From: Ferruginibacter sp.
Lineage (GTDB): Bacteria > Bacteroidota > Bacteroidia > Chitinophagales > Chitinophagaceae
DNA length: 24,000 nucleotides
Reading direction: 5' to 3'
Assembly (NCBI GenBank): GCA_031380515.1
Contig: JANNGD010000156.1
Coordinates: 24,677-48,676 of the forward strand
The notes under the pieces were generated by a model, which saw only the letters and a program-made list of their open reading frames with translations, had not been told where the DNA came from and did no database searches. The translations under genes were made by a program, and so were the position numbers. Positions 1-8,754 of the stretch are shown piece after piece; positions within the stretch are counted from its first letter, which is position 1, and the number at the start of each line of letters is the position of its first letter.

Positions 1-853
1 ATTCAGTTTAAATCGATAGCTGGATGAATCAGTAAATGCAACTACACTATCGGTTTTGGAAGTAATGAAAATTCGTTTTTCTTTATCGATAATATCTACA
101 ATAGGTTCTTGCCATTTTCCATTTTCTAAAACTTTAACTGAAAAGTTGGTATGTGGATTTTGAATGTTTTTATCAAAAGCACTTAATGAAACAGATTTTG
201 AATATTGTACAATTTTAAGCGTTTCGTAACCATCTTTTGTCCAATACCAATAACCAACTTTTTGCGTGGTATCCCCATCTCTAATCAATCCTTTTGAAAA
301 CAATCCCCCTCGTTCGTTTATAAAAACCACAAGACTATATCTGTGGTCTTTTTTTTTTAGAAATGGCGTAGTTGATATTTACCCCATCATCTTTGTAAAC
401 AGCAACCATGTTATTGCTAATGGTGGGTATAACTATATTGAAAAAAAGTTTAGCATTGTTAGATAAAGTTATTGTAGCGTAATAAGGATTAGTGGTGAAA
501 TCATATTCGTTGTTTTGTAATCTAGCTTTAAAAACTAATGGAATCTTTTGCTTTGGTAAAAGCTTATTAGTAATCTGAAAATATGCTGAATATATGCTTT
601 CAATATTAGTAATCAACATCGTATCATCACTATCATTGAATAACCAAAAAGTATCTTGAATTTCTTTTGATACTCCAATGCCAATGAGGTTTATGACAGG
701 CAAATTGTGAGAAATTACTCGAGGTGGAGTTGGTTTTTGAGGTGAGTATTTGTAGCTAAACTCGCTTACAAGAATTAAATTGTTTTCACTTTTGATCTGC
801 CCAAAAGTAGATAGGCTAATCATTAATGCAAGTAGGATACCTGTACTTTTCAT
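1..853 (-). pseudogene. Secreted protein of unknown function, short paralog of the 857..3355 product; frame broken at an A10 run; 3' end runs off the window
   Basis: ORF 335..853 (signal-peptide-like MKSTGILLALMISLSTFG) aligns with aa ~370-515 of the 832-aa neighbour (DTFWLFNDSDDTMLITN/DTFWLYNACDDTVFITK; LPKQKIPLVF/APKQKVPLIF; PTISNN/PTVSNN). After the TAG at 335..337 the homology continues without stops in another frame down to base 1 (LIRDGDTTQKVGYWYWTKDG..VKVLENGKWQEPIVD..VVAFTDSSSY vs YIQDGDTSLKVGKWQFYKEG..IKVLENGNWKQPIID..IIAFTDTTSY). Deleting one A of the run gives KKKDHRYSLVVF, matching QQQNKRFSNALF in the paralog. Confidence 0.75.
349..358. repeat. T10 homopolymer (A10 on the coding strand) at the frameshift site
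   Basis: Ten consecutive T at 349..358. The frame switch of the 1..853 gene maps to this run. Confidence 0.9.
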
Positions 854-856
854 TGG

Positions 857-3355
857 TTAATGTTTTATTCTATCATCATCCAACTCGGGTTCGTGATAAC
901 TATTAAAATGTGCACTTAGAACCAAAGGATGCTGAGTAAGTTTTTCGAAAGCTTCAAAGAAGCCATTATCAATTAATTTGCCACTTACGTGTGTAAGCCC
1001 AAATCTATTGCTACCTATATCTGCCCTAATATCTTTAAAGCCCAAAGCCAATGCTGCTTGTTTAAATTCTTCTGGCTTGTTAATATTAATTTCAGCATAT
1101 ACTTGGTTATTACAAAAAGCAATTCTGTTTTTATTCATCACGGTAAAAAAATTGCAAACAAAAGCGATGTTACTATCGTTCGTTAATTTCATTATTACTT
1201 TATATTGATCATCGTAACTCAAATATTGTAAGTTGACACCACTTTGATGTTTACTTACCATAACAGTTGCTATTTTAGGAAATTGCTTTTGTAAAGCTGT
1301 AATTATTGAATCTGTAATTTGATAGGTTGTTTGGTTTTTATTTTTAAATTTGGAATAGTCTGGAATAATTGTATACTGATTTTTTAAAACGGAGAAAGGC
1401 ATTCGATAATATCCAATTTTCATTGTTCTTTCATTGGGTTTCAGTAAAAAAAACTGCATTGCAATATTTGCAGGAATTTTGTTGTATGGTAAAGCAAAGC
1501 CATAGCTAGTGGTATCTGTAAATGCAATAATGCTATCTGTTTCTTTGGTAATGTAAAAACTTTTTTGATTGTTATGTTCATCAATAATAGGTTGTTTCCA
1601 ATTACCATTTTCTAATACTTTAATCTTAAAATTTATGTGCTGACTTGCATTTTCAGTATCAAAAGCCGTTAAAGAAATTTCTTTAGAATACACTACTTCA
1701 TCCATACCCCAAACACCCTCTTTATAAAATTGCCATTTGCCAACTTTTAAACTTGTATCCCCATCTTGTATGTATCCTTGGGCTCTTAATTTGCCATTTT
1801 GGTAAGTAAATAAGGCATTGCTAAATCTTTTGTTTTGCTGTTGGGCAATGGCATAGTTTACACTGCTATCTTTATTGTAAAACACCGTTGCGTTATTGCT
1901 TACTGTGGGTACAGTTATACCAAATTCAAGTATTGCATTATCGTTTAAAGTTAATCTACAAGTAAAAGAATTGTTGTTGTTAAAATCAAAACTACTGTTT
2001 TGCAATAAGCCATTAAATATTAAAGGGACTTTTTGTTTAGGTGCAAGTGTTTGATTGATGCTAAAAAAATCTCTGGTAGAGCTTTGCACTTTTGTAATAA
2101 AAACAGTATCGTCACAAGCATTGTATAGCCAAAATGTATCTTTAATTAGCTTGGTAGCATTTGTACCAATAACAGCTTGCAAAGGCAATGTGTGAAATTT
2201 ATCTCCAAACAATATACAGTTCTTAGGTGCATATTTTATTTTGGGTGGATCTGGTTTAAATAATGTTTCATTTTTATCAATCAATACCCAAATTTTATTT
2301 TCGAATTGATAGGTGTTGACTATTCGTGATGTTTCTGTAATTGCATATTCATAACGCCTCATTGTCTTTAATGGTAAATAATAAAACACATCGTCATAAT
2401 TACTTAAAGCAGTATCTAATTCATACAATTTTTTAGAAGGGTTGAAAATGTAGAAATTAGTTTTTTCTCTAGCAACCATATTTTTCAAGTCTCTCCAATT
2501 GTCTATTTGTACAGAAAAATCTTTTGCTTCCTCAATGCCTCGGTTATAAAAGTCTGTAAACTCAATTATTCTTTTACTTTCTTTAATTACTGATTTTGAT
2601 TGGCTAAGAATATTTAGTACTTGCTGTACTTTCCCAGTTTGTATATTAAATATTTTAGCTCCTGTAACAGTGTATGCTTTTGCTCCTTCTTCGGCAGATT
2701 CTTTCAATTCGTAATAATCAAACCGAACAGCATATTGCAAACTTTTTTTTTCTTCTGCCACTTCAGCTTGTTGTTCTTGATTTAGTACAATATCTATTGG
2801 TTCAAACGCTTTATCATCAAGGGTTTTAACAGGAGTATACCCATCAGAATCGGAGTACAAATGCTCAGAGCAAATGCTTACTGTTTTTTTTACTGGCAAA
2901 TAAAAATATTGCTCTCTTATCCTTACGTTGTTTATGGTTTGTTCTTCTACCTTTAGCTTATACATAGGGTATTCTAAAGGTTCTTTTAAAAGCTGGGTTT
3001 TCAAATGAATAGCTACTAAGTAATTACCCCCTACCCTATAAAAATTTCTTCTTATAAAAGGTTTGGTGTAATCTCCTATAACCATTTTGCTATTATCCCA
3101 AAAGTAAAAACTGTCTCTAATTTGTTGCCAGCTTTTATTTACCAGCACATCTTTTGTATTGGTAATGGCCTGGTTGTTTTCATCTACCAAATACATCTTT
3201 AGTCCTTCAATTTTTTTATTGCTGTTGTACAAATGAGGGTTTACAGCAAATACATAAAAAGGATAGTAACCACATTGTTGTGCATTTGTGCCTAATGTAC
3301 CTAAAATAAAAAATATCAATACAGCTGTTTTTGGTGTCATTTTTTGCATTTTCAA
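857..3355 (-). CDS. Large secreted protein of unknown function (832 aa), long paralog of the 1..853 gene
   Basis: 2.5-kb ORF with ATG start and TAA stop. N-terminal signal peptide (MKMQKMTPKTAVLIFFILGTLGTNAQQ). The central segment (about aa 385-500) has a DUF1573/ASH-like beta-sandwich pattern (weak, from memory), followed by one MORN-variant-like motif GKWQFYKEG. No catalytic motif recognised. 3-nt gap to the downstream paralog. Confidence 0.85.
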   Translation of the reverse strand: MKMQKMTPKTAVLIFFILGTLGTNAQQCGYYPFYVFAVNPHLYNSNKKIEGLKMYLVDENNQAITNTKDVLVNKSWQQIRDSFYFWDNSKMVIGDYTKPFIRRNFYRVGGNYLVAIHLKTQLLKEPLEYPMYKLKVEEQTINNVRIREQYFYLPVKKTVSICSEHLYSDSDGYTPVKTLDDKAFEPIDIVLNQEQQAEVAEEKKSLQYAVRFDYYELKESAEEGAKAYTVTGAKIFNIQTGKVQQVLNILSQSKSVIKESKRIIEFTDFYNRGIEEAKDFSVQIDNWRDLKNMVAREKTNFYIFNPSKKLYELDTALSNYDDVFYYLPLKTMRRYEYAITETSRIVNTYQFENKIWVLIDKNETLFKPDPPKIKYAPKNCILFGDKFHTLPLQAVIGTNATKLIKDTFWLYNACDDTVFITKVQSSTRDFFSINQTLAPKQKVPLIFNGLLQNSSFDFNNNNSFTCRLTLNDNAILEFGITVPTVSNNATVFYNKDSSVNYAIAQQQNKRFSNALFTYQNGKLRAQGYIQDGDTSLKVGKWQFYKEGVWGMDEVVYSKEISLTAFDTENASQHINFKIKVLENGNWKQPIIDEHNNQKSFYITKETDSIIAFTDTTSYGFALPYNKIPANIAMQFFLLKPNERTMKIGYYRMPFSVLKNQYTIIPDYSKFKNKNQTTYQITDSIITALQKQFPKIATVMVSKHQSGVNLQYLSYDDQYKVIMKLTNDSNIAFVCNFFTVMNKNRIAFCNNQVYAEININKPEEFKQAALALGFKDIRADIGSNRFGLTHVSGKLIDNGFFEAFEKLTQHPLVLSAHFNSYHEPELDDDRIKH

Positions 3356-4141
3356 TAATTAGATGCTAAGAATAAAGATTGTACATAATTTTTTTACTTT
3401 TTTTTAAACTAAAGTTGTTTGTTGATTCTTATGTGAAAAGTCTTTTACCTCTAAACTTTAAGGCTTAAAAAACTGGTTTGGCATTTTTAACTATTTCTAA
3501 AAATAACTACAAACTGAGAAATACTAATCATTAATTACTTTTTTTTCAAGTACTGAGGTGTTGAAGATGCTGCATGCCTTCCAGGTTATTTTAAGTAAAA
3601 TCTTACTAACAGAAAAGTTAACTCTTTACCAATCTCTTTATCAAAACAAGGCAAGACGGTTTTGCTATCAAATTTTGCATTGGTACTGAATGAGTCTTTG
3701 TCACAAATGGCAGAGGTGTAATTACATTCTTTATCGCTGTATCAACTTTCCCATAAAGGGCCTTTCTGTTACCTTAATTATTATTGCATCGTATTGCTAC
3801 CGTGTGATTGTATGATGCCTAATTTCAATTGACTTACACAGTTCAAAAAGCATCAGCATTTTTCTTTCTTTGAATAGGTGCCGGTAACTTATGATTTTGG
3901 CTGGTCGCAAGAGCTTACAGCAAATACCAATAGACTTAATAAGTGTATGGCAAAAATGTTTCTGAATGTTTAAATTATTATTTATAGGCAAATACATCTG
4001 TACGAAAGAAGCCTTACACATATTTGTAAGGCGTTAGAAGACTTTAACGATTTTTAGCTGCATCAATATTTACATGCAGTATGAATAAAAGTAGCAAAGA
4101 TGATGTAATAACTACTCAATCTCAGGTTCGTATTCTTTTAC

Positions 4142-4966
4142 TTAAATGATGGTTATTTTTTTAGCATTGGTTATTTCAAACGATTGGTTGTTTTGAACAA
4201 AAGCAACGACCAAATAATTTTCTTTTTCAAAATTTGCCGGCAGGTTAAAAGTAGCAGTGCCCTTACTTTCATTTTTCTGAACAATATCCTGAACGATATT
4301 GATATGGCTTAATGTAGCCCCGCCGTTTTCGCCACGCTTTACCTGTGTAGTGGCATTTTTCAATACCAATTCAAACAGCAGCGTTTCATTTGGCTCCAAA
4401 ACAGCGTAATTGTATTTCACAGACAACTGCTGATTTTTTATCATTGGCATTTCTGTTTCAATAAAAATATTGCTTGTACTTTTATAATTATTGAGTGCAT
4501 TCCACAGGGCTGATTTATTGGAGCCTACAAATTCTGTTTTGCCATTTACAATTGCCTGCGGTGTATATACTGATTCGAGGTTCAAATGTTGAGCATACTG
4601 CCTTTGTCTTTCCGAAAAAGCAGCTCTACTGAAAGGGTCTTTCCAACCTAACCTGTCCCAATAATCAACATGGTAACTCAGTATAATAGTTTTATCATTA
4701 AATTCATTTTGTGCCATTGCAACCAACTTATCTGCTGAAGGGCAGCTTGAACAACCTTCTGAAGTAAATAATTCAACAACAGATGGAGTGCTGTTTTTAG
4801 ACTGTTCAAAAGACGACATCGAAATTTGCAACGGTATTGTAAACTTATTTTTTGGCAACATATCTACAACCTTTACAGTTGAATATATAAGCAAAGCCCC
4901 AAAGAACAATATATAAATAGCGGAAGCAAAATGTACAGTAAATGTATTAGCTTTTGATAAATTCAT
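4142..4966 (-). CDS. DUF1223 family thioredoxin-fold protein with N-terminal membrane anchor or signal
   Basis: Hallmark blocks VELFTSEGCSSCPSADKL, SYHVDYWDRLGWKDPFS, RQRQYA and VYTPQAIVNG. ATG start, TAA stop. 28 nt downstream of the YHS gene. Confidence 0.88.
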   Translation of the reverse strand: MNLSKANTFTVHFASAIYILFFGALLIYSTVKVVDMLPKNKFTIPLQISMSSFEQSKNSTPSVVELFTSEGCSSCPSADKLVAMAQNEFNDKTIILSYHVDYWDRLGWKDPFSRAAFSERQRQYAQHLNLESVYTPQAIVNGKTEFVGSNKSALWNALNNYKSTSNIFIETEMPMIKNQQLSVKYNYAVLEPNETLLFELVLKNATTQVKRGENGGATLSHINIVQDIVQKNESKGTATFNLPANFEKENYLVVAFVQNNQSFEITNAKKITII

Positions 4967-4994
4967 GATGGTTAAATTTAAAGGTTAAAAAACA

Positions 4995-5465
4995 TTATTT
5001 AAAAAATTTAGTCCAGGAAACATCTGCCTTTGCTTTCAAATTGGCTTCATTTTTATTCCATTTGTTTAACGTATTGTTTGTCCATGAATGATAAAACAAG
5101 TATAGCTTACCAGCAACTATTTTAAAAGTTTCAGGGTCAATATCTACTTTTTCTTCTGTTGCTCCCATTGCATAAGCACACCAACCGCCGTATTGGGGCT
5201 CGTACTTTTTGAAATCTTTTTTAAACAGTTCTTTGTCTTCTGCTGTGGCAAAATAATAAGTAACACCTTCTGCAGCTACTGCCAATTCTTTCTTTCCTTT
5301 AATGGCTTTGTTTTGTGTAAAGTAAGCAACTGGGTCGTAGCCCTGCAATGCAACTCCTTTTTCAATATTAAACTGAGCGGTACGGGTGGCTTGTTGTGCA
5401 AATGCAGTGCTGTTTAATAAAAGGACTGCGAAAACTGTTGTTAAAATTGTTGCGAACTTTTTCAT
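4995..5465 (-). CDS. Secreted YHS-domain protein (paralog of 16014..16454)
   Basis: Signal peptide (..LLLNSTAFAQQ). Blocks GYDPVAYF, YYFATAEDKELF, PQYGGWCAYAMG and GKLYLFY are shared with the second copy. Confidence 0.85.
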   Translation of the reverse strand: MKKFATILTTVFAVLLLNSTAFAQQATRTAQFNIEKGVALQGYDPVAYFTQNKAIKGKKELAVAAEGVTYYFATAEDKELFKKDFKKYEPQYGGWCAYAMGATEEKVDIDPETFKIVAGKLYLFYHSWTNNTLNKWNKNEANLKAKADVSWTKFFK

Positions 5466-5595
5466 TTTTTTCTTTTGATTTTCTTTTGATTTTATAAATG
5501 TTATTGATTTTTTAAACGGTTATTAAAAACTATATATTGATAATAATCCAGCCGACTGATTTGCTTTTTTTGTGCTGCATCCTTCTCGCTTAAAT

Positions 5596-5622
5596 AGTCG
5601 GGACAACATGGTTATCCTTACA
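5596..5622 (-). promoter_or_regulatory. Candidate ECF-type promoter, TGTAAGG-N13-CCCGACT (read on minus strand)
   Basis: Minus-strand reading of 5622..5596 is TGTAAGG ataaccatgttgt CCCGACT. Both 7-mers and the spacing are identical to the site at 15961..15987. It lies 131 nt upstream of the YHS ATG in sense orientation. The AAG-16 nt-CGAC geometry resembles ECF -35/-10 promoters. Confidence 0.5.
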
Positions 5623-6104
5623 GAAAGAAAAAAGAATTTGGGTTTTATTTTTAAGTTGCAGAAAGTAGCCGTTTCTTGGAGAATGAGTTGGGAGTAATAC
5701 CAAATTTATTTATTATTTAGTCCAATTATTTTCACGCAAGGCTCGCAAAGGAGCAATGGCGCAAAGAAAGACATTGGATTAACTAACAAGTCCTAAAGGT
5801 ATAAATCCTTCAAAAGCCAATGATGAAAACTGTTGCAGCTATTTCGCTAATGACTCCGCAGATTTTGGAATTGGGGAATACTAACGGATAATAAAAACAA
5901 TGGTTAGTAGCTACAAATTTAATAGAGGTATTTCTTACCTTGGACGGATCGTGCCTTATACTGTTGTAGTATTGTAAGTAAAATTTACGGGTATAAATTT
6001 TTTATTTTTTGTGCTGCGGATAACATGGAGAATATGATTGTATCAAACAGCAATCGGCATTTTAAACAAATAACAGCTTGCCTTTTTCGTTCGCTTCTAA
6101 AAAT

Positions 6105-6365
6105 TTATTGGATCTGTTCTTTCATACGGGCTTTAAAATCATCTGATGCTTTTAAGGCTGGCTTATTATCAAAATCTTTAAAATAAGCTTTTAAAGATTC
6201 ATCAATCATGGGAGACTGCTTTGTAAAATTTTTGCAACACTTACAAAATAAGATATGAAACTTCATCTCAAATTTTTGCTTAAACGTAATTTTCTCTTCT
6301 TCATTTTTCAGAGAAAGCAGCGAAGCCTCCACGCAATTGTTTAATATCCTATTGAAATATCCCAT
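6105..6365 (-). CDS. Small soluble zinc-binding (ZAS-type) anti-sigma factor
   Basis: 86 aa with no TM segment; starts 2 nt after the ECF sigma stop. Full C-x25-H-x3-C-x2-C motif: C11 (NNCVEAS), H37, C41, C44 (FHILFCKCC). Confidence 0.7.
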   Translation of the reverse strand: MGYFNRILNNCVEASLLSLKNEEEKITFKQKFEMKFHILFCKCCKNFTKQSPMIDESLKAYFKDFDNKPALKASDDFKARMKEQIQ

Positions 6366-6367
6366 TT

Positions 6368-6949
6368 TTAATTCATTACACCTTTTTTTTCAAGGCAGGT
6401 ACGCAATATTGTTTTTGATCTGAAAATGATCACCCAATAGTTAGACGGGGTAATATCATGTTCCTTACAAATATTTTCAGTTTTTTCATCTTCAATGTAT
6501 TTTGACACAAAAACAGCTTTCAATTTGGCAGGCATTTTTTCTAGACAAATACCCAAAAACTTTTGAAATTCTTTACTAATAAGGTAACTATCAGCAGCCT
6601 TTGAAAAATAATTTTCTCCTATATCTTCTTTCCATCTGCCATAATTATCCTTGTCAAAAAAAGAATTTTCAAATGAATCTTCCGTTTGATCAAGGTAAGT
6701 TGAAAAACTATCTGTAATTTTTGGCTTACGGTAATAGTCTATAATTTTATTCTTCAAAATAGCCATTAGCCAGGTTTTTTCAGAAGCTGTGCCATTGTAA
6801 TTTTCCCGCCCTTTAAATGCAGATAAGAAAGTTTCCTGCACTACATCTTCAGCTTCCTCTCTTTTTCCTATTTTAAAATATGCAAAGTTGAAAAGATAAT
6901 CGGTATAATTATCAACCCAGCCATCAACATTTAAAGTATGTATTTGCAT
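6368..6949 (-). CDS. ECF-type RNA polymerase sigma-70 family factor
   Basis: Region 2 pattern (EDVVQETFLSAF .. TWLMAILKNKIIDYYRK) and a C-terminal region 4 HTH (ENICKEHDITPSNYWVIIFRSKTILR). 193 aa, typical ECF size. Confidence 0.88.
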   Translation of the reverse strand: MQIHTLNVDGWVDNYTDYLFNFAYFKIGKREEAEDVVQETFLSAFKGRENYNGTASEKTWLMAILKNKIIDYYRKPKITDSFSTYLDQTEDSFENSFFDKDNYGRWKEDIGENYFSKAADSYLISKEFQKFLGICLEKMPAKLKAVFVSKYIEDEKTENICKEHDITPSNYWVIIFRSKTILRTCLEKKGVMN

Positions 6950-7095
6950 AGTATAAAAATACTTTTAGTTTCTTTAAAGCAGAACAAATATATATGAAAA
7001 CATTTGATAGCGGAAAGCCTATTTAAAACTTAACCAAATCAATATAAAATTATGAAAAAGGAATAAAAAATGCCTGTCAATCAAATTCCAAATAA

Positions 7096-8751
7096 TTAAA
7101 AACTTGCATTTAAACTAAGCGTAAGGCCTGCGCTTTGTGGTACGAACCTACAAATACCTCCAACACAAACTAACCCCCCTCGCTGCCTGCCGTAGCTAGC
7201 TTGAGCCCTATAAGCAGCTTTGTTGTATGAAGCGCCAAAGTTATAATAATGTAATCTAGCATCTTTATTGCTATTGCCGTAGTTGTATAAATCTTGCGCA
7301 AATACTGACCATACTGAGCTAAAATTATATTCAATTAAAGAAGCTGCCCAATTTTTAAAGCCGCCTTGTGCCCACTGGTGTTGCAGCTCCCACCTAATTG
7401 ATTTTGATTTTTTTAACTTCAGTGTATTTTCAATTACTGCTGTATTGGCATTTACTTCTCCAGTAGATTCTTCTACATACCTCGCATTGTAATACTGGTT
7501 AAGATAAGTAAATACGGAGGTCCATTTTTTATCCCATTTTTTCCGAATTTCCAGGCTTATATCCCTATAATATTTCTGGCCAAAACCAAATTTAATAGCT
7601 CGGTACTTCCTTTGAAAAGCATCGTACCTTCCTTTAAGACCATGCCATTGAGCATAATTTAAAGAAATATTTGTTCCATATTTTCCACCCAATGGGGTTT
7701 CTTTTTTAAACTTATAAAATAAGTCTACTTGCCCACCAATCTCACCTGCTTTATTACGATCTGGTTCAAAACTAAGATTTGGTTGGGCGGGATACACATA
7801 TATGTTTGTGAGGCTATAATCGAATTGCTTTGTTAATGCAGGCACATAATTTAAAGAACCTTCATTGTACACATTGCCCGATTTATTTCTTTCGGCATAA
7901 AAGCTAAAGTTTTCTAGTCTACGAAGGTTGGTTGTTATTCCAAATCCATTTTTTGTATACCCAAGATTAAGTAAATAAGCATCACCATCAAACTGCAAAG
8001 CTGGCCTAATGGTATTAAATTCTACCAATGCATCTTTTGATTTAAAAGCGTATTCAAAGTCGGCTTTAAACCCATCAACTGAAAAATCGCTTCTCACAGA
8101 TGTGAGTAAGGTATTACTTTTAAGATCGGTAAATACTTTATCGTTTTCATTTCTATTAACAATACTACCCCCAATTCCAAATTTAATTTTTTTTACTTTC
8201 AAAAGATCGGAAAGTTTTGCATCTACATTTAAACCTCCAATTGTGCCATCGCTAAAATTAAAACCCAAGCCACTACGCTGTTTCCCGTACAATGCAGTAA
8301 TTTGTACAGATTCCACTGGAGCATATTTAACCATGCCTCCCACAATGGAATTAACAATGCCCAACTGCCTGTCCTCCCAACTTCGAAACACTAATCCGCT
8401 ACCGAACTGTCCGTAAAAGTGACCAGCAGTAGCATCCAACCCTATTTTATCGTTTCTGTAATTGATATAGTAATTTGCAAGATTTGTTTTTTTCAACAAA
8501 GGCGAATAATTAAGCAAGGCTTTGGGTTCGTAAGATTCAAACTGAACACCTGTTGTAAATTTCTTCAATTTATAATCTAACCTCAAATAATTATTAGAGC
8601 GGATTCTATTTTCAGCATCTATTTGTTCTAATTTTATTTTTGCATCATCAATATATAAAGCAGAATTGGATTCTAAGCTTCCGCTTAGCTGTGCTTTTGA
8701 ATAAATAGAAAAAAGTGTAAAACTTATAATAAGCAATATTTTTTGTTGCAT
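7096..8751 (-). CDS. Outer-membrane beta-barrel protein, DUF6029-like
   Basis: Signal peptide (MQQKILLIISFTLFSIYSKAQ), alternating beta-strand composition rich in G/Y/N, and a C-terminal ..SLNASF with terminal Phe typical of OM barrels. As I recall, DUF6029 proteins sit next to TlpA-like and Omp28-related genes; not verified. Confidence 0.7.
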   Translation of the reverse strand: MQQKILLIISFTLFSIYSKAQLSGSLESNSALYIDDAKIKLEQIDAENRIRSNNYLRLDYKLKKFTTGVQFESYEPKALLNYSPLLKKTNLANYYINYRNDKIGLDATAGHFYGQFGSGLVFRSWEDRQLGIVNSIVGGMVKYAPVESVQITALYGKQRSGLGFNFSDGTIGGLNVDAKLSDLLKVKKIKFGIGGSIVNRNENDKVFTDLKSNTLLTSVRSDFSVDGFKADFEYAFKSKDALVEFNTIRPALQFDGDAYLLNLGYTKNGFGITTNLRRLENFSFYAERNKSGNVYNEGSLNYVPALTKQFDYSLTNIYVYPAQPNLSFEPDRNKAGEIGGQVDLFYKFKKETPLGGKYGTNISLNYAQWHGLKGRYDAFQRKYRAIKFGFGQKYYRDISLEIRKKWDKKWTSVFTYLNQYYNARYVEESTGEVNANTAVIENTLKLKKSKSIRWELQHQWAQGGFKNWAASLIEYNFSSVWSVFAQDLYNYGNSNKDARLHYYNFGASYNKAAYRAQASYGRQRGGLVCVGGICRFVPQSAGLTLSLNASF

Positions 8752-8754
8752 GGT

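Noticed and set aside
3797-4021. 74-codon ORF as a functional gene
   Set aside because: It is isolated in a long gap with no recognisable family. Open stretches continue in other frames after its stop. It is better treated as a possible remnant (see finding) than as a CDS.
4012-4031. Additional TGTAAGG occurrences: a palindromic pair at 4012..4031 and a single minus-strand copy at 20716..20722, both followed after 13 nt by nATGTAT
   Set aside because: There is no CGAC/CGTC-type -10 element at the right spacing. The 4025 copy points into the 3' end of a convergent gene. The 7-mer alone is expected a few times by chance, so I did not call these promoters. The shared ATGTAT may be coincidence.
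5471-5492. Tandem 11-mer tcttttgattt x2 immediately upstream of the YHS start codon
   Set aside because: There are only two copies of an AT-rich unit. It is most simply a small slippage duplication in the leader, and I have no evidence of function.
6985-6992. TATATTTG (minus strand) 36 nt upstream of the ECF sigma ATG, matching the Bacteroidota housekeeping -7 consensus TAnnTTTG
   Set aside because: It is a single short AT-rich motif match with no supporting -33 element that I could identify. That is too weak to report as a feature.
8009-8416. 135-codon plus-strand ORF inside the OM-barrel gene. Similar antisense ORFs lie at 978..1208, 7283..7492, 8864..9133, 12725..13230, 15602..15889, 19106..19330, 20881..21264, 21810..22827 and 23135..23377.
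   Set aside because: All lie entirely within much longer minus-strand genes that have clear family signatures. They have low-complexity, non-protein-like composition and no recognisable motifs, as expected for shadow ORFs on the antisense strand.
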